A DNA stretch of 43,657 bases, from NCBI RefSeq assembly GCF_003334315.1, contig NZ_QOWR01000041.1. One strand, written 5' to 3'. This document shows, piece by piece, positions 28,508-39,638 of this stretch; the first letter of the stretch is position 1; each line of letters starts with the position of its first letter. Origin of the DNA: Escherichia coli (GTDB lineage Bacteria > Pseudomonadota > Gammaproteobacteria > Enterobacterales > Enterobacteriaceae). Made by a program: the position numbers and the translations under genes. The notes beneath the pieces are model-generated. The model was given only the letters and a program-made list of their open reading frames with translations. It made no database searches and had not been told where the DNA came from.

Positions 28508-28915
28508 ATGAAAATGATTGAAGTTGTTGCCGCCATCATTGAACGTGATGGCAAAATTTTACTCGCGCAACGCCCCGCCCAGAGCGATCAGGCGGGATTA
28601 TGGGAGTTTGCCGGTGGTAAAGTCGAGCCGGATGAAAGTCAGCGGCAGGCGCTGGTGCGTGAGTTACGCGAAGAACTGGGCATCGAAGCAACTGTGGGTG
28701 AGTATGTTGCCAGCCATCAGCGAGAAGTTTCGGGGCGGATTATCCATCTTCATGCCTGGCACGTACCCGACTTCCACGGGACGTTACAGGCACATGAACA
28801 TCAGGCGCTGGTCTGGTGCTCACCTGAAGAGGCGCTGCAATATCCGCTGGCCCCTGCTGACATTCCACTATTAGAGGCGTTTATGGCTTTACGCGCCGCC
28901 AGACCAGCGGATTAG
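28508..28915 (+). CDS. nudG: Nudix hydrolase (CTP / 5-methyl-dCTP pyrophosphohydrolase)
   Basis: 135-aa ORF with the Nudix box GGKVEPDESQRQALVRELREELGIE. Confidence 0.92.
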   Translation: MKMIEVVAAIIERDGKILLAQRPAQSDQAGLWEFAGGKVEPDESQRQALVRELREELGIEATVGEYVASHQREVSGRIIHLHAWHVPDFHGTLQAHEHQALVWCSPEEALQYPLAPADIPLLEAFMALRAARPAD

Positions 28916-29153
28916 TGCTAAGGGTTTTGTCATCACGCTGGCATTGCAGCAGTATTCCCTCGGCTTTAATTACCGCTCCTTCAGAATAATTTTTATCCTG
29001 ATAAACGCAGCACTGAGTACAGGGCTGCGCTGACTGCCCGCCTGAACTGAACACTTCTGGCGGTACGTTTACCTCCACGTCCGGACGATAATGCGGGTTA
29101 GCCAGTGCAATTAATGGAAATGCTAATACTACGGCGAACAATGCTCGACTCAC
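28881..29153 (-). CDS. ynjH: Small secreted Cys-containing protein (DUF1496)
   Basis: 90-aa ORF MSRALFAVVLAFPLIALANPHYRPD… with a signal peptide; its 3' end overlaps the nudG 3' end by 35 nt. Confidence 0.8.
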   Translation of the reverse strand: MSRALFAVVLAFPLIALANPHYRPDVEVNVPPEVFSSGGQSAQPCTQCCVYQDKNYSEGAVIKAEGILLQCQRDDKTLSTNPLVWRRVKP

Positions 29154-29286
29154 AGGGAGCTCCTTAACGTTATTGTCTCTGCTACTGATAACGGTAGCCG
29201 GGCGGCAAAACTTTAGCGTCTGAGTTATCGCATTTGGTTATGAGATTACTCTCGTTATTAATTTGCTTTCCTGGGTCATTTTTTTC

Positions 29287-29317
29287 TTGCTTACCGTCAC
29301 ATTCTTGATGGTATAGT
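29287..29317 (+). promoter_or_regulatory. Candidate sigma-70 promoter for gdhA (TTGCTT - 19 bp - TATAGT)
   Basis: Hexamers read from the sequence about 70-100 nt upstream of the gdhA ATG; the spacer is slightly long, so the call is tentative. Confidence 0.35.
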
Positions 29318-29388
29318 CGAAAACTGCAAAAGCACATGACATAAACAACATAAGCACAATCGTATTAATATATAAGGGTTTTATATCT

Positions 29389-30732
29389 ATGGATCAGACA
29401 TATTCTCTGGAGTCATTCCTCAACCATGTCCAAAAGCGCGACCCGAATCAAACCGAGTTCGCGCAAGCCGTTCGTGAAGTAATGACCACACTCTGGCCTT
29501 TTCTTGAACAAAATCCAAAATATCGCCAGATGTCATTACTGGAGCGTCTGGTTGAACCGGAGCGCGTGATCCAGTTTCGCGTGGTATGGGTTGATGATCG
29601 CAACCAGGTACAGGTCAACCGTGCATGGCGTGTGCAGTTCAGCTCTGCCATCGGCCCGTACAAAGGCGGTATGCGCTTCCATCCGTCAGTTAACCTTTCC
29701 ATTCTCAAATTCCTCGGCTTTGAACAAACCTTCAAAAATGCCCTGACTACTCTGCCGATGGGCGGTGGTAAAGGCGGCAGCGATTTCGATCCGAAAGGAA
29801 AAAGCGAAGGTGAAGTGATGCGTTTTTGCCAGGCGCTGATGACTGAACTGTATCGCCACCTGGGCGCGGATACCGACGTTCCGGCAGGTGATATCGGGGT
29901 TGGTGGTCGTGAAGTCGGCTTTATGGCGGGGATGATGAAAAAGCTCTCCAACAATACCGCCTGCGTCTTCACCGGTAAGGGCCTTTCATTTGGCGGCAGT
30001 CTTATTCGCCCGGAAGCTACCGGCTACGGTCTGGTTTATTTCACAGAAGCAATGCTAAAACGCCACGGTATGGGTTTTGAAGGGATGCGAGTTTCCGTTT
30101 CTGGCTCCGGCAACGTCGCCCAGTACGCTATCGAAAAAGCGATGGAATTTGGTGCTCGTGTGATCACTGCGTCAGACTCCAGCGGCACTGTAGTTGATGA
30201 AAGCGGATTCACGAAAGAGAAACTGGCACGTCTTATCGAAATCAAAGCCAGCCGCGATGGTCGAGTGGCAGATTACGCCAAAGAATTTGGTCTGGTCTAT
30301 CTCGAAGGCCAACAGCCGTGGTCTGTACCGGTTGATATCGCCCTGCCTTGCGCCACCCAGAACGAACTGGATGTTGACGCCGCGCATCAGCTTATCGCCA
30401 ATGGCGTTAAAGCCGTCGCCGAAGGGGCAAATATGCCGACCACCATCGAAGCGACTGAACTGTTCCAGCAGGCAGGCGTACTGTTTGCACCGGGTAAAGC
30501 GGCTAATGCTGGCGGTGTAGCAACGTCAGGCCTTGAAATGGCGCAAAACGCTGCGCGCCTGGGCTGGAAAGCCGAGAAAGTTGACGCACGTTTGCATCAC
30601 ATCATGCTGGATATCCACCATGCCTGTGTTGAGCATGGTGGTGAAGGTGAGCAAACCAACTACGTGCAGGGCGCGAACATTGCCGGTTTTGTGAAGGTTG
30701 CCGATGCGATGCTGGCGCAGGGTGTGATTTAA
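29389..30732 (+). CDS. gdhA: NADP-specific glutamate dehydrogenase
   Basis: 447-aa ORF MDQTYSLESFLNHVQKRDPNQTEFAQAVREV… with the GDH active-site region (GGGKGGSDFDPKGKS). Confidence 0.96.
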   Translation: MDQTYSLESFLNHVQKRDPNQTEFAQAVREVMTTLWPFLEQNPKYRQMSLLERLVEPERVIQFRVVWVDDRNQVQVNRAWRVQFSSAIGPYKGGMRFHPSVNLSILKFLGFEQTFKNALTTLPMGGGKGGSDFDPKGKSEGEVMRFCQALMTELYRHLGADTDVPAGDIGVGGREVGFMAGMMKKLSNNTACVFTGKGLSFGGSLIRPEATGYGLVYFTEAMLKRHGMGFEGMRVSVSGSGNVAQYAIEKAMEFGARVITASDSSGTVVDESGFTKEKLARLIEIKASRDGRVADYAKEFGLVYLEGQQPWSVPVDIALPCATQNELDVDAAHQLIANGVKAVAEGANMPTTIEATELFQQAGVLFAPGKAANAGGVATSGLEMAQNAARLGWKAEKVDARLHHIMLDIHHACVEHGGEGEQTNYVQGANIAGFVKVADAMLAQGVI

Positions 30733-30740
30733 GTTGTAAA

Positions 30741-30835
30741 TGCCTGATGGCGCTACGCTTATCAGGCCTACAAATGGGCACAATTCATTGCAGTTACGCT
30801 CTAATGTAGGCCGGGCAAGCGCAGCGCCCCCGGCA
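30741..30835. repeat. BIME/REP pair between gdhA and ynjI
   Basis: TGCCTGATGGCGCTACGCTTATCAGGCCTACA … CTAATGTAGGCCGGGCAAGCGCAGCGCCCCCGGCA; canonical REP palindromes in inverted orientation. Confidence 0.8.
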
Positions 30836-30848
30836 AAATTTCAGGCGT

Positions 30849-31889
30849 TTATGAGTATTTAACGGATGATGCTCCCCACGGAACATTTCTTATGGGCCAA
30901 CGGCATTTCTTACTGTAGTGCTCCCAAAACTGCTTGTCGTAACGATAACACGCTTCAAGTTCAGCATCCGTTAACTTTCTGCGATAGCAGCAGATATGCC
31001 AGTAAAGAAATCCCATTTGACTATTTTTTTGATAATCTTCTTCGCTTTCGAACAACTCGTGCGCCTTTCGAGAAGCAAGCATTATATAATGCCAGGCCAG
31101 TTCTTCTTCAATTGTCCCGTTTTGAAAAGCTGTGCTTGATATCGAGATCATCCATGATAATTCCGCCGCCCATATTAGCTTCGCCGAGGATTTACCGGAG
31201 CTATGATTAGCGCAATCAGAGATATAGTCTGAGGGAAAAACAGCAAATTTATTCAACAAGGCGATAACCTGCTCTGGGGCTTCCTCCATGTTTGCTTTAA
31301 AGGTATTGGCTCCATGGTCGCCAGAAAGAAAATGCTCCATTAAGGCACAATAACTTTCGCTATCTTCGATACCCCATTGATCCTCTAAAGACTCGCGTCT
31401 TTTACTTATGATATCGATCGAGTCAAAAGGAAGCACATGATATTGGAAGGTATCTTTGCCAGGTTCAGGCTTTCGCGGCCAGAACTCCAGCGTTTCAGAC
31501 CATTGCTTATGATAGAATCGATAAGGTGCGATCAATTGTAGCGCCTGTAACTTCTCGATACTGAGCGGCTCAATACCTTTAGCCTGATAATAATGCAGTT
31601 GTTCTTTTTTTGCTTTAAAACCGGCCCGAACAATAAGCCCCATCATAATTAATAGATAAAGAAAAGAGCATCCCGCGGTAATCAGGCCTCTTTCATTCAA
31701 ACCGTTGGATGTTATCGCTGCGAACACAAACATTACAGCGACAACACATGTTAAATAAACCCCCCACTTACAAAGCAGCATGGCCTTATTTTCTTTAATC
31801 ATCCGTTCAAAATTACTATTAAATATTTCCCAGCCATTAAAAGAATACTTCTCGCTCCCAGGATGGTTTTGTAATAAAACTTTTTTCAT
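30849..31889 (-). CDS. ynjI: Inner-membrane protein YnjI (DUF1266)
   Basis: 346-aa product starting MKKVLLQNHPGSEKYSFNGWEIF…; the ORF track extends 41 codons upstream. Confidence 0.85.
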   Translation of the reverse strand: MKKVLLQNHPGSEKYSFNGWEIFNSNFERMIKENKAMLLCKWGVYLTCVVAVMFVFAAITSNGLNERGLITAGCSFLYLLIMMGLIVRAGFKAKKEQLHYYQAKGIEPLSIEKLQALQLIAPYRFYHKQWSETLEFWPRKPEPGKDTFQYHVLPFDSIDIISKRRESLEDQWGIEDSESYCALMEHFLSGDHGANTFKANMEEAPEQVIALLNKFAVFPSDYISDCANHSSGKSSAKLIWAAELSWMISISSTAFQNGTIEEELAWHYIMLASRKAHELFESEEDYQKNSQMGFLYWHICCYRRKLTDAELEACYRYDKQFWEHYSKKCRWPIRNVPWGASSVKYS

Positions 31890-32016
31890 CACATTCCCTG
31901 TTATTACATACTTTAGAGGCGATAATTTTATCCATGCAAAAAAAATATCCAACGAATTTTCTTGATCCGCTGGATATTTCAGAATATGACTCGAATAGCA
32001 CGAAAGATTCACTCGC

Positions 32017-33978
32017 TTACGCTATCGCCCCGCTTCCGACTTCATCTGCTGGCGGACTTTTTTTCGCACTACGTTTACGCGGTGCAGCCTTTTTCTTATC
32101 AGCACTGCCACCACTGCCCGGAGCCACAATGCCGCGAAACTGCCGCACCGGCGTACGTTTGGCTTGATCAATAAGCTGATATAGCGTCCCCACCAGCGGC
32201 TGCATAAAGTCCTGATAGCGACACTGCTTTTCGCTGATTTGCGTCAGCACCGATTCCCAGTGCGCGGTCATGTCCGGTCGCGTCGCCATCTCCGGCAGCG
32301 AATGGAATAGCGCTTTTCCGGCGTCGGTGGAGTGGATATAGCGCCCTTTTTTGGTCAGGAAACCACGCTTGAACAACAGTTCAATAATCCCGGCACGCGT
32401 TGCCTCTGTCCCCAGACCATCGGTCGCACGGAGGATCTTTTTCAGATCTTTATCCTGCACAAAGCGCGCGATCCCGGTCATCGCCGAAAGCAGTGTTGCA
32501 TCGGTAAAATGGCGCGGCGGCTGGGTTTGCCGCTCTACCACTTCACCTTTTTCACACAGCAACTCATCGCCTTTCGCCACCACAGGCAGTGGCGTGCCGT
32601 CGTTTTCTTCATCGCGCTCTTTGCTGCCTAACAGCGTGCGCCAGCCTGCTTCAGCAAGAAAACGCGCTTTAGCGACAAATTTGCCTTTGGCAATGTCCAG
32701 TTCGATAACACACTTGCGGAACACCGCATCCGGGCAGAATTGCATCAGATACTGACGGGCAATCAGGTTATAGACCTTCGCTTCGTTCTCCGTCAGGTTG
32801 ATCGCAGAACTCCGTGCGGTCGGAATGATGGCGTGGTGCGCATCGACCTTTTTGTCATCCCAACAGCGGTTGCGTATATCTGGATCTACCACTGGCTGCG
32901 GCAACAGATCCGGTGCATGAACACTGATGGCATTCATCACCGCGTGGCGTCCGGCAAAATGTTCTTCTGGCAAATAGCGACAATCAGAACGCGGATAAGT
33001 GATTAGCTTGTGCGTTTCGTACAGTTTCTGGCAGATATCAAGCACGTTCTGCGCACTCAGACCAAAACGTTTTGCCGCTTCAATCTGCAACGCTGAAAGC
33101 GAAAAAGGCAGCGGCGCGGATTCTGATTCCCGTTTATCGTTATAGCTGGTGACAATAGCCGGTTGACCACTAATGCGGTTAACCACATGCTCCGCCAGTG
33201 GACGATGTAACAAGCGCCCTTCTTCATCCTGGTACGGTTCACACGCTTCGCTCGGTTGCCAGATAGCGGTAAACCGCTCATCGGCAGGTGTCACGATATG
33301 TGCTTTGACTTCAAAGAAGTCTTTCGCCACGAAGTTTTCAATCTCTTCATCGCGGCGCACCACCAGCCCAAGCACGGGCGTCTGCACGCGTCCCACGGAA
33401 AGTACGCCCTGATAACCGGCATTGCGACCGAGAATGGTATACGCACGGGTCATATTGATGCCGTACAGCCAGTCGGCACGCGCTCGCGCCAGCGCAGAAA
33501 CGCACAGCGGTACAAACTCACTGTTGGAACGAAGACGGTCGATCGCCCGCTCAACCGCCTGCGGGTTCAGGTCGTTTATCAAGCAACGCTGTACCTGCTG
33601 GCGCTTTTCCGGTGCCAGTTGCAGATAGTCCAGCACTTCATCCACCAGCAATTGCCCTTCACGATCCGGGTCCCCGGCGTGAACGATTTCGCTGGCTTCA
33701 TGCAGGAACCGTTTGATGACGTTAAGTTGTTTGGTCACGGAGGGTCGGGGCTGTAATTGCCACTTTTCCGGGACAATCGGCAAATCCGCAAGATTCCAGC
33801 GCGCATAGCGGCTGTCGTAGGCGTCTGGCTGCGCCTGCTCAAGCAGGTGACCGATACACCAGGTCACCACCTGACCATTACCGCACTCGATAAAGCCATC
33901 GCCTTTCCGGTGCGGTTTGGGCAGGACATCAGCAATGGCGCGCGCCAGACTCGGTTTTTCGGCAATAAACAACCGCAT
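32017..33978 (-). CDS. topB: DNA topoisomerase III
   Basis: 653-aa product [47 protein letters not shown]… with a Toprim N-terminus; the ORF track has 19 extra N-terminal codons. Confidence 0.96.
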
Positions 33979-33982
33979 TGAA

Positions 33983-35026
33983 TTAACGAATCTCAACCAT
34001 GGCACGACCGCCGCGCGCTGGCACCAGTTCGCCAATTGCCGTCAGTTCAATGCCAAACTCGGCGGCTGTAGCTTTGACCTCATTTTCTGCTTCCGGCATG
34101 ACCGCCAGCAGCAAACCGCCAGAAGTTTGCGGATCACACAGCAGATCGCGCACTTCACGCGGCATTTCACCCATCAGATGACCGTAGCTGGCAAAGTTAC
34201 GTTCAGTGCCGCCAGGTACTGCGCCCAACTTAATGTACTCTTCAACACCGGGGAGTTTCGGGATCGCTTCATAGTCGACGCGTGCCTGCACACCAGCCCC
34301 CTGACACATTTCGCTCAAGTGGCCCAGCAGACCAAAGCCCGTAACGTCGGTCATCGCTTTTACGCCTTCGATGTTGGCAAAGGACGCGCCTGCGATGTTC
34401 ATCCGGCACATCACTTCCGTCGCCAGTCCCTGATGTTCTGGTTTCAACAGTGATTTTTTCTCAGCCGTGGTAAGAACGCCGATCCCCAGCGGTTTCGTCA
34501 GGAACAGTTTGCATCCGGCTTGTGCGGTACTGTTTTTCTTCACCCGCTCGGTCGGTACGATCCCCGTTACCGCCAGACCAAAAATCGGCTCCGGCGCATC
34601 GATGGAGTGACCGCCAGCCAGCGCAATACCCGCCTGACGACATGCATAGCGTCCACCTTCGGTCACTTCGCGGGCAATTTCTGGGGAAAGTTTGTTAATC
34701 GGCCAGCCGAGGATCGCAATCGCCATAATCGGTTTGCCCCCCATCGCGAAGATATCGCTGATGGCGTTAGTCGCCGCAATGCGGCCAAAATCGAAAGGAT
34801 TATCAACGATCGGCATAAAGAAGTCGGTGGTACTGATAACGCTGGTGCCATTGCCCAGATCGTACACCGCCGCATCGTCGCGGGTTTCATTACCCACAAG
34901 CAAATTCGGATCAACAAACTTCGCCTGCTCACTATGCAGGATGGTTTCCAACACTTTTGGGGAAATTTTACAGCCGCAACCAGCTCCGTGGCTGTATTGG
35001 GTCAAACGAATCGAGTTCTCGCTCAT
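33983..35026 (-). CDS. selD: Selenide, water dikinase (selenophosphate synthetase)
   Basis: 347-aa product [30 protein letters not shown]… recognised as SelD; immediately upstream of topB. Confidence 0.95.
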
Positions 35027-35142
35027 GGACATCTCCTGTCAATGCAATCCGGGTATGGTAACCCTCATTCCGTGAAGTGATAAGTGAGAGTGTCTGAATT
35101 CCTGCGCCTTTGCTCACAATCCAGACAGTTTCGCGACAATTA

Positions 35143-35694
35143 TCAGAAATAAGTTACAAACGGCGTCGGGTCCGGGACGTTAATCGACGTAGATGCTTTC
35201 AGCTGCGGCGTACCGAGGTAGAGAAAACCGACAATTTTATCCTGCTCACGGCAACCGAATGCTTCACGCACTACCGGACTTTCAGTTAATGCGCCACTGC
35301 GCCAGATGCCGCCAAACCCCTGGGCAACTGCTGCCATTTGCATCGCCATGACCGCGCATCCGGCAGACATTTCCTGTTCCCAGCGCGGGACTTTATGATT
35401 CTCTTCGCATTTCGCCACCACCGTGATGATGAGCGGTGCGCGGAACGGCGCATTACGGGCTTTGTCGATAGCTTTGTCATCACTACCGGCAGCAATCGCC
35501 CCCTGTTCCAGTACGGCGCTGAAACGCTCGCGCCCTTCCCCTTCAATCACAAAAAAATGCCACGGTTGCATGGACTTATGGTCCGGCGCACGCATACCCG
35601 CACGCAGGATGTTTTGCAGTTGTTCACCCGTTGGCGCGGGTTCAGCCAAGCGGGAGGCGCTACGGCGATTGATCAATAGTTCGAGTGCATCCAT
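35143..35694 (-). CDS. ydjA: Nitroreductase-family protein
   Basis: 183-aa [53 protein letters not shown]… with a nitroreductase fold signature. Confidence 0.9.
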   Translation of the reverse strand: MDALELLINRRSASRLAEPAPTGEQLQNILRAGMRAPDHKSMQPWHFFVIEGEGRERFSAVLEQGAIAAGSDDKAIDKARNAPFRAPLIITVVAKCEENHKVPRWEQEMSAGCAVMAMQMAAVAQGFGGIWRSGALTESPVVREAFGCREQDKIVGFLYLGTPQLKASTSINVPDPTPFVTYF

Positions 35695-35854
35695 TTGATT
35701 AACTCCTGTCGTGATATTTATTCACAAAATTAACACGAGAGTGGATTTTGTTACAGCACAGTCCGCAATTCCTGCTGACAAGTACCGGTTGGGTCATTAC
35801 GATAACCACATCTATTGCGCCTGTGACAGGTGTGACCTTAAGTTGGGAGAATAC

Positions 35855-37711
35855 ATGCGAACCCTTTGGCGATTTATTGCCGGATTTTTTAAATGGACGT
35901 GGCGTCTGCTGAATTTCGTCCGTGAAATGGTACTTAACCTGTTCTTTATTTTCCTCGTACTGGTTGGTGTGGGGATTTGGATGCAGGTCAGTGGTGGTGA
36001 TTCGAAAGAAACGGCCAGTCGTGGCGCACTGCTGCTGGACATTTCTGGTGTGATCGTCGATAAACCCGACAGTTCTCAGCGGTTTAGTAAATTAAGCCGC
36101 CAGCTGCTTGGTGCCAGTTCCGATCGTCTGCAGGAAAACTCACTGTTTGATATCGTCAACACTATTCGCCAGGCGAAGGACGACCGCAATATCACCGGTA
36201 TTGTGATGGATCTGAAAAACTTCGCAGGCGGCGACCAACCGTCTATGCAGTACATCGGCAAAGCTCTGAAAGAGTTTCGTGACAGCGGGAAACCGGTTTA
36301 TGCCGTTGGCGAGAACTACAGCCAGGGGCAATATTATCTCGCCAGTTTCGCCAATAAAATTTGGCTGTTTCCGCAAGGCGTGGTTGATCTGCACGGCTTT
36401 GCCACCAACGGTCTGTACTACAAATCGTTGCTGGATAAGCTGAAAGTTTCCACCCATGTGTTCCGCGTGGGTACGTATAAATCTGCCGTTGAACCGTTTA
36501 TTCGTGATGATATGTCACCGGCAGCCCGCGAAGCTGACAGCCGCTGGATTGGTGAGCTGTGGCAAAACTATCTGAATACTGTTGCCGCTAACCGGCAGAT
36601 CCCTGCTGAGCAGGTATTCCCTGGCGCGCAAGGGTTGCTTGAGGGTTTAACCAAAACCGGTGGCGATACCGCGAAATATGCACTGGAAAACAAGCTGGTC
36701 GATGCACTGGCATCGAGTGCGGAAATCGAAAAAGCACTGACCAAAGAATTCGGCTGGAGTAAGACTGATAAAAATTATCGCGCCATCAGTTATTACGATT
36801 ACGCATTGAAAACGCCGGCAGATACCGGTGACAGCATCGGTGTCGTCTTTGCTAATGGCGCAATTATGGATGGCGAGGAAACTCAGGGGAATGTTGGCGG
36901 TGATACCACTGCGGCACAAATCCGCGACGCTCGCCTTGACCCGAAAGTGAAAGCGATTGTCCTGCGTGTTAATAGCCCAGGCGGCAGCGTTACCGCGTCT
37001 GAAGTGATTCGCGCTGAACTGGCAGCAGCCCGGGCAGCGGGTAAGCCTGTGGTTGTATCGATGGGCGGCATGGCGGCATCTGGTGGTTACTGGATTTCCA
37101 CGCCAGCTAATTACATTGTGGCTAACCCCAGCACCCTGACCGGTTCTATCGGTATCTTCGGCGTGATCACCACCGTAGAAAATAGTCTGGATTCGATTGG
37201 TGTTCATACCGATGGTGTCTCAACTTCACCGCTGGCAGATGTTTCTATCACCAGGGCACTGCCGCCGGAAGCACAGCAGATGATGCAGTTAAGCATTGAG
37301 AATGGCTATAAACGCTTTATCACGCTGGTTGCTGATGCGCGTCATTCGACGCCGGAGCAGATTGATAAAATCGCCCAGGGCCACGTCTGGACCGGTCAGG
37401 ATGCAAAAGCTAACGGGCTGGTCGATAGCCTCGGGGATTTCGATGATGCAGTTGCCAAAGCAGCAGAGCTGGCAAAAGTGAAACAGTGGCATCTGGAATA
37501 CTACGTTGATGAACCGATCTTCTTCGACAAAGTGATGGACAACATGTCTGGTTCTGTCCGGGCAATGTTGCCAGATGCGTTCCAGGCCATGTTACCTGCA
37601 CCGCTGGCCTCGGTAGCCTCTACTGTTAAAAGTGAAAGCGACAAGCTGGCCGCGTTTAACGACCCACAAAACCGTTATGCGTTTTGCCTGACCTGCGCCA
37701 ACGTGCGTTAA
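35855..37711 (+). CDS. sppA: Signal peptide peptidase A (protease IV)
   Basis: 618-aa product [33 protein letters not shown]…; the ORF track has 48 extra upstream codons; tandem S49 peptidase domains. Confidence 0.94.
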   Translation: MRTLWRFIAGFFKWTWRLLNFVREMVLNLFFIFLVLVGVGIWMQVSGGDSKETASRGALLLDISGVIVDKPDSSQRFSKLSRQLLGASSDRLQENSLFDIVNTIRQAKDDRNITGIVMDLKNFAGGDQPSMQYIGKALKEFRDSGKPVYAVGENYSQGQYYLASFANKIWLFPQGVVDLHGFATNGLYYKSLLDKLKVSTHVFRVGTYKSAVEPFIRDDMSPAAREADSRWIGELWQNYLNTVAANRQIPAEQVFPGAQGLLEGLTKTGGDTAKYALENKLVDALASSAEIEKALTKEFGWSKTDKNYRAISYYDYALKTPADTGDSIGVVFANGAIMDGEETQGNVGGDTTAAQIRDARLDPKVKAIVLRVNSPGGSVTASEVIRAELAAARAAGKPVVVSMGGMAASGGYWISTPANYIVANPSTLTGSIGIFGVITTVENSLDSIGVHTDGVSTSPLADVSITRALPPEAQQMMQLSIENGYKRFITLVADARHSTPEQIDKIAQGHVWTGQDAKANGLVDSLGDFDDAVAKAAELAKVKQWHLEYYVDEPIFFDKVMDNMSGSVRAMLPDAFQAMLPAPLASVASTVKSESDKLAAFNDPQNRYAFCLTCANVR

Positions 37712-37877
37712 GTCTTGTACTGAGTGGCCGACAGATCGTCGGCCACATTATTTTTTACGTCGACGAATCCTCTTCCCGCTGTCTCGCCCCATATTTCCTT
37801 ATCCGCATAGTATCAGGTGCGCTCCTCCTGCCTCACGTATATACTTTTGCTCTTTCGATATCATTCATATCAATATC

Positions 37878-38894
37878 ATGCAAAAGAAATCAATTTACGT
37901 CGCCTACACGGGCGGGACCATCGGGATGCAGCGTTCCGAGCAGGGTTATATTCCGGTGTCAGGTCATCTACAACGCCAACTGGCGCTGATGCCGGAATTC
38001 CATCGCCCGGAGATGCCAGATTTCACCATTCATGAATATACGCCGTTGATGGATTCTTCTGATATGACTCCAGAAGACTGGCAGCATATTGCTGAAGATA
38101 TTAAAGCGCACTATGACGACTATGATGGTTTTGTCATTCTGCACGGCACCGATACGATGGCATATACCGCCTCTGCGCTGTCGTTCATGCTCGAGAATCT
38201 CGGTAAACCAGTCATTGTGACAGGGTCACAAATCCCGCTAGCTGAGTTACGCTCTGACGGACAAATTAATCTGCTGAATGCGTTGTACGTTGCGGCGAAT
38301 TATCCGATCAACGAAGTAACGCTCTTTTTCAATAACCGATTGTATCGCGGCAACCGCACTACCAAAGCCCATGCCGATGGTTTTGATGCGTTTGCCTCTC
38401 CAAACCTTCCTCCGTTACTGGAAGCAGGTATCCATATTCGTCGTTTAAATACGCCACCCGCCCCGCACGGTGAAGGGGAATTAATCGTTCATCCAATCAC
38501 CCCACAACCAATTGGCGTAGTGACGATTTATCCAGGGATTTCTGCTGACGTCGTGCGCAATTTTCTGCGCCAACCGGTGAAAGCATTGATTTTGCGCTCC
38601 TATGGCGTGGGTAATGCGCCACAAAACAAAGCCTTCCTGCAGGAATTACATGAAGCCAGCGATCGCGGTATTGTGGTGGTCAACCTGACACAATGTATGT
38701 CCGGTAAAGTGAACATGGGTGGTTATGCCACCGGTAACGCCCTCGCCCATGCCGGCGTTATTGGCGGTGCAGATATGACTGTAGAAGCCACGCTAACCAA
38801 ACTGCATTACCTGCTGAGCCAGGAACTGGATACTGAAACCATTCGCAAGGCCATGAGCCAAAACCTGCGCGGCGAACTGACGCCGGATGATTAA
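37878..38894 (+). CDS. ansA: Cytoplasmic L-asparaginase I
   Basis: 338-aa ORF MQKKSIYVAYTGGTIGMQRSEQGY… with the asparaginase threonine motif TGGTIGM. Confidence 0.95.
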   Translation: MQKKSIYVAYTGGTIGMQRSEQGYIPVSGHLQRQLALMPEFHRPEMPDFTIHEYTPLMDSSDMTPEDWQHIAEDIKAHYDDYDGFVILHGTDTMAYTASALSFMLENLGKPVIVTGSQIPLAELRSDGQINLLNALYVAANYPINEVTLFFNNRLYRGNRTTKAHADGFDAFASPNLPPLLEAGIHIRRLNTPPAPHGEGELIVHPITPQPIGVVTIYPGISADVVRNFLRQPVKALILRSYGVGNAPQNKAFLQELHEASDRGIVVVNLTQCMSGKVNMGGYATGNALAHAGVIGGADMTVEATLTKLHYLLSQELDTETIRKAMSQNLRGELTPDD

Positions 38895-38904
38895 GGAGAC
38901 TGCA

Positions 38905-39546
38905 ATGCCCCCTCGCGCCCTGTTACTGGTCGATTTACAAAATGATTTCTGTGCTGGTGGCGCGCTCGCCGTGCCGGAAGGTGACAGTACGGTGGATGTC
39001 GCTAACCGCCTGATTGACTGGTGCCAGTCGCGCGGTGAAGCGGTTATCGCCAGTCAGGACTGGCACCCGGCGAATCACGGCAGTTTTGCCAGTCAGCACG
39101 GTGTAGAGCCTTATACGCCAGGCCAACTCGACGGTTTGCCACAAACCTTCTGGCCAGATCACTGTGTGCAGAACAGTGAAGGCGCACAATTACATCCGTT
39201 ACTGCACCAAAAAGCGATCGCAGCGGTGTTCCATAAAGGCGAAAATCCTTTAGTTGACAGTTACAGTGCCTTTTTTGATAACGGCCGTCGGCAGAAAACC
39301 TCTCTCGATGACTGGTTACGCGATCATGAAATCGATGAATTGATCGTTATGGGCCTGGCTACTGACTATTGCGTGAAGTTTACCGTGCTGGACGCGTTAC
39401 AGTTAGGTTATAAGGTAAACGTGATTACCGATGGTTGTCGTGGCGTGAATATCCAGCCACAGGACAGTGCGCACGCGTTTATGGAGATGTCAGCTGCTGG
39501 GGCAACGCTATATACGCTGGCAGACTGGGAAGAGACACAGGGGTAA
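38905..39546 (+). CDS. pncA: Nicotinamidase / pyrazinamidase
   Basis: 213-aa product MPPRALLLVDLQNDFCAGGALAV… (isochorismatase-like); RBS AAGGAG at 38893-38898. Confidence 0.94.
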   Translation: MPPRALLLVDLQNDFCAGGALAVPEGDSTVDVANRLIDWCQSRGEAVIASQDWHPANHGSFASQHGVEPYTPGQLDGLPQTFWPDHCVQNSEGAQLHPLLHQKAIAAVFHKGENPLVDSYSAFFDNGRRQKTSLDDWLRDHEIDELIVMGLATDYCVKFTVLDALQLGYKVNVITDGCRGVNIQPQDSAHAFMEMSAAGATLYTLADWEETQG

Positions 39547-39638
39547 TTTTACGCTGGCCTACAATTCTGTACTGGCATTGTAGGCCAAATAAAACACGTC
39601 AGTGGCACATCTGGCAATTGATGCCATCAACGAAAGAT

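Noticed and set aside
33256-34453. 166-aa and 178-aa plus-strand ORFs antisense to topB and selD
   Set aside because: Antisense shadow ORFs inside confidently recognised genes; no independent support.
35711-35854. Extended N-termini offered by the ORF track (for example sppA +48 codons, ynjI +41, ydjE +23, ves +21, astD +19, topB +19)
   Set aside because: The extensions lack RBS support and exceed the lengths I recall for these conserved proteins; starts were trimmed to internal Met codons. The exact coordinates remain unverified.
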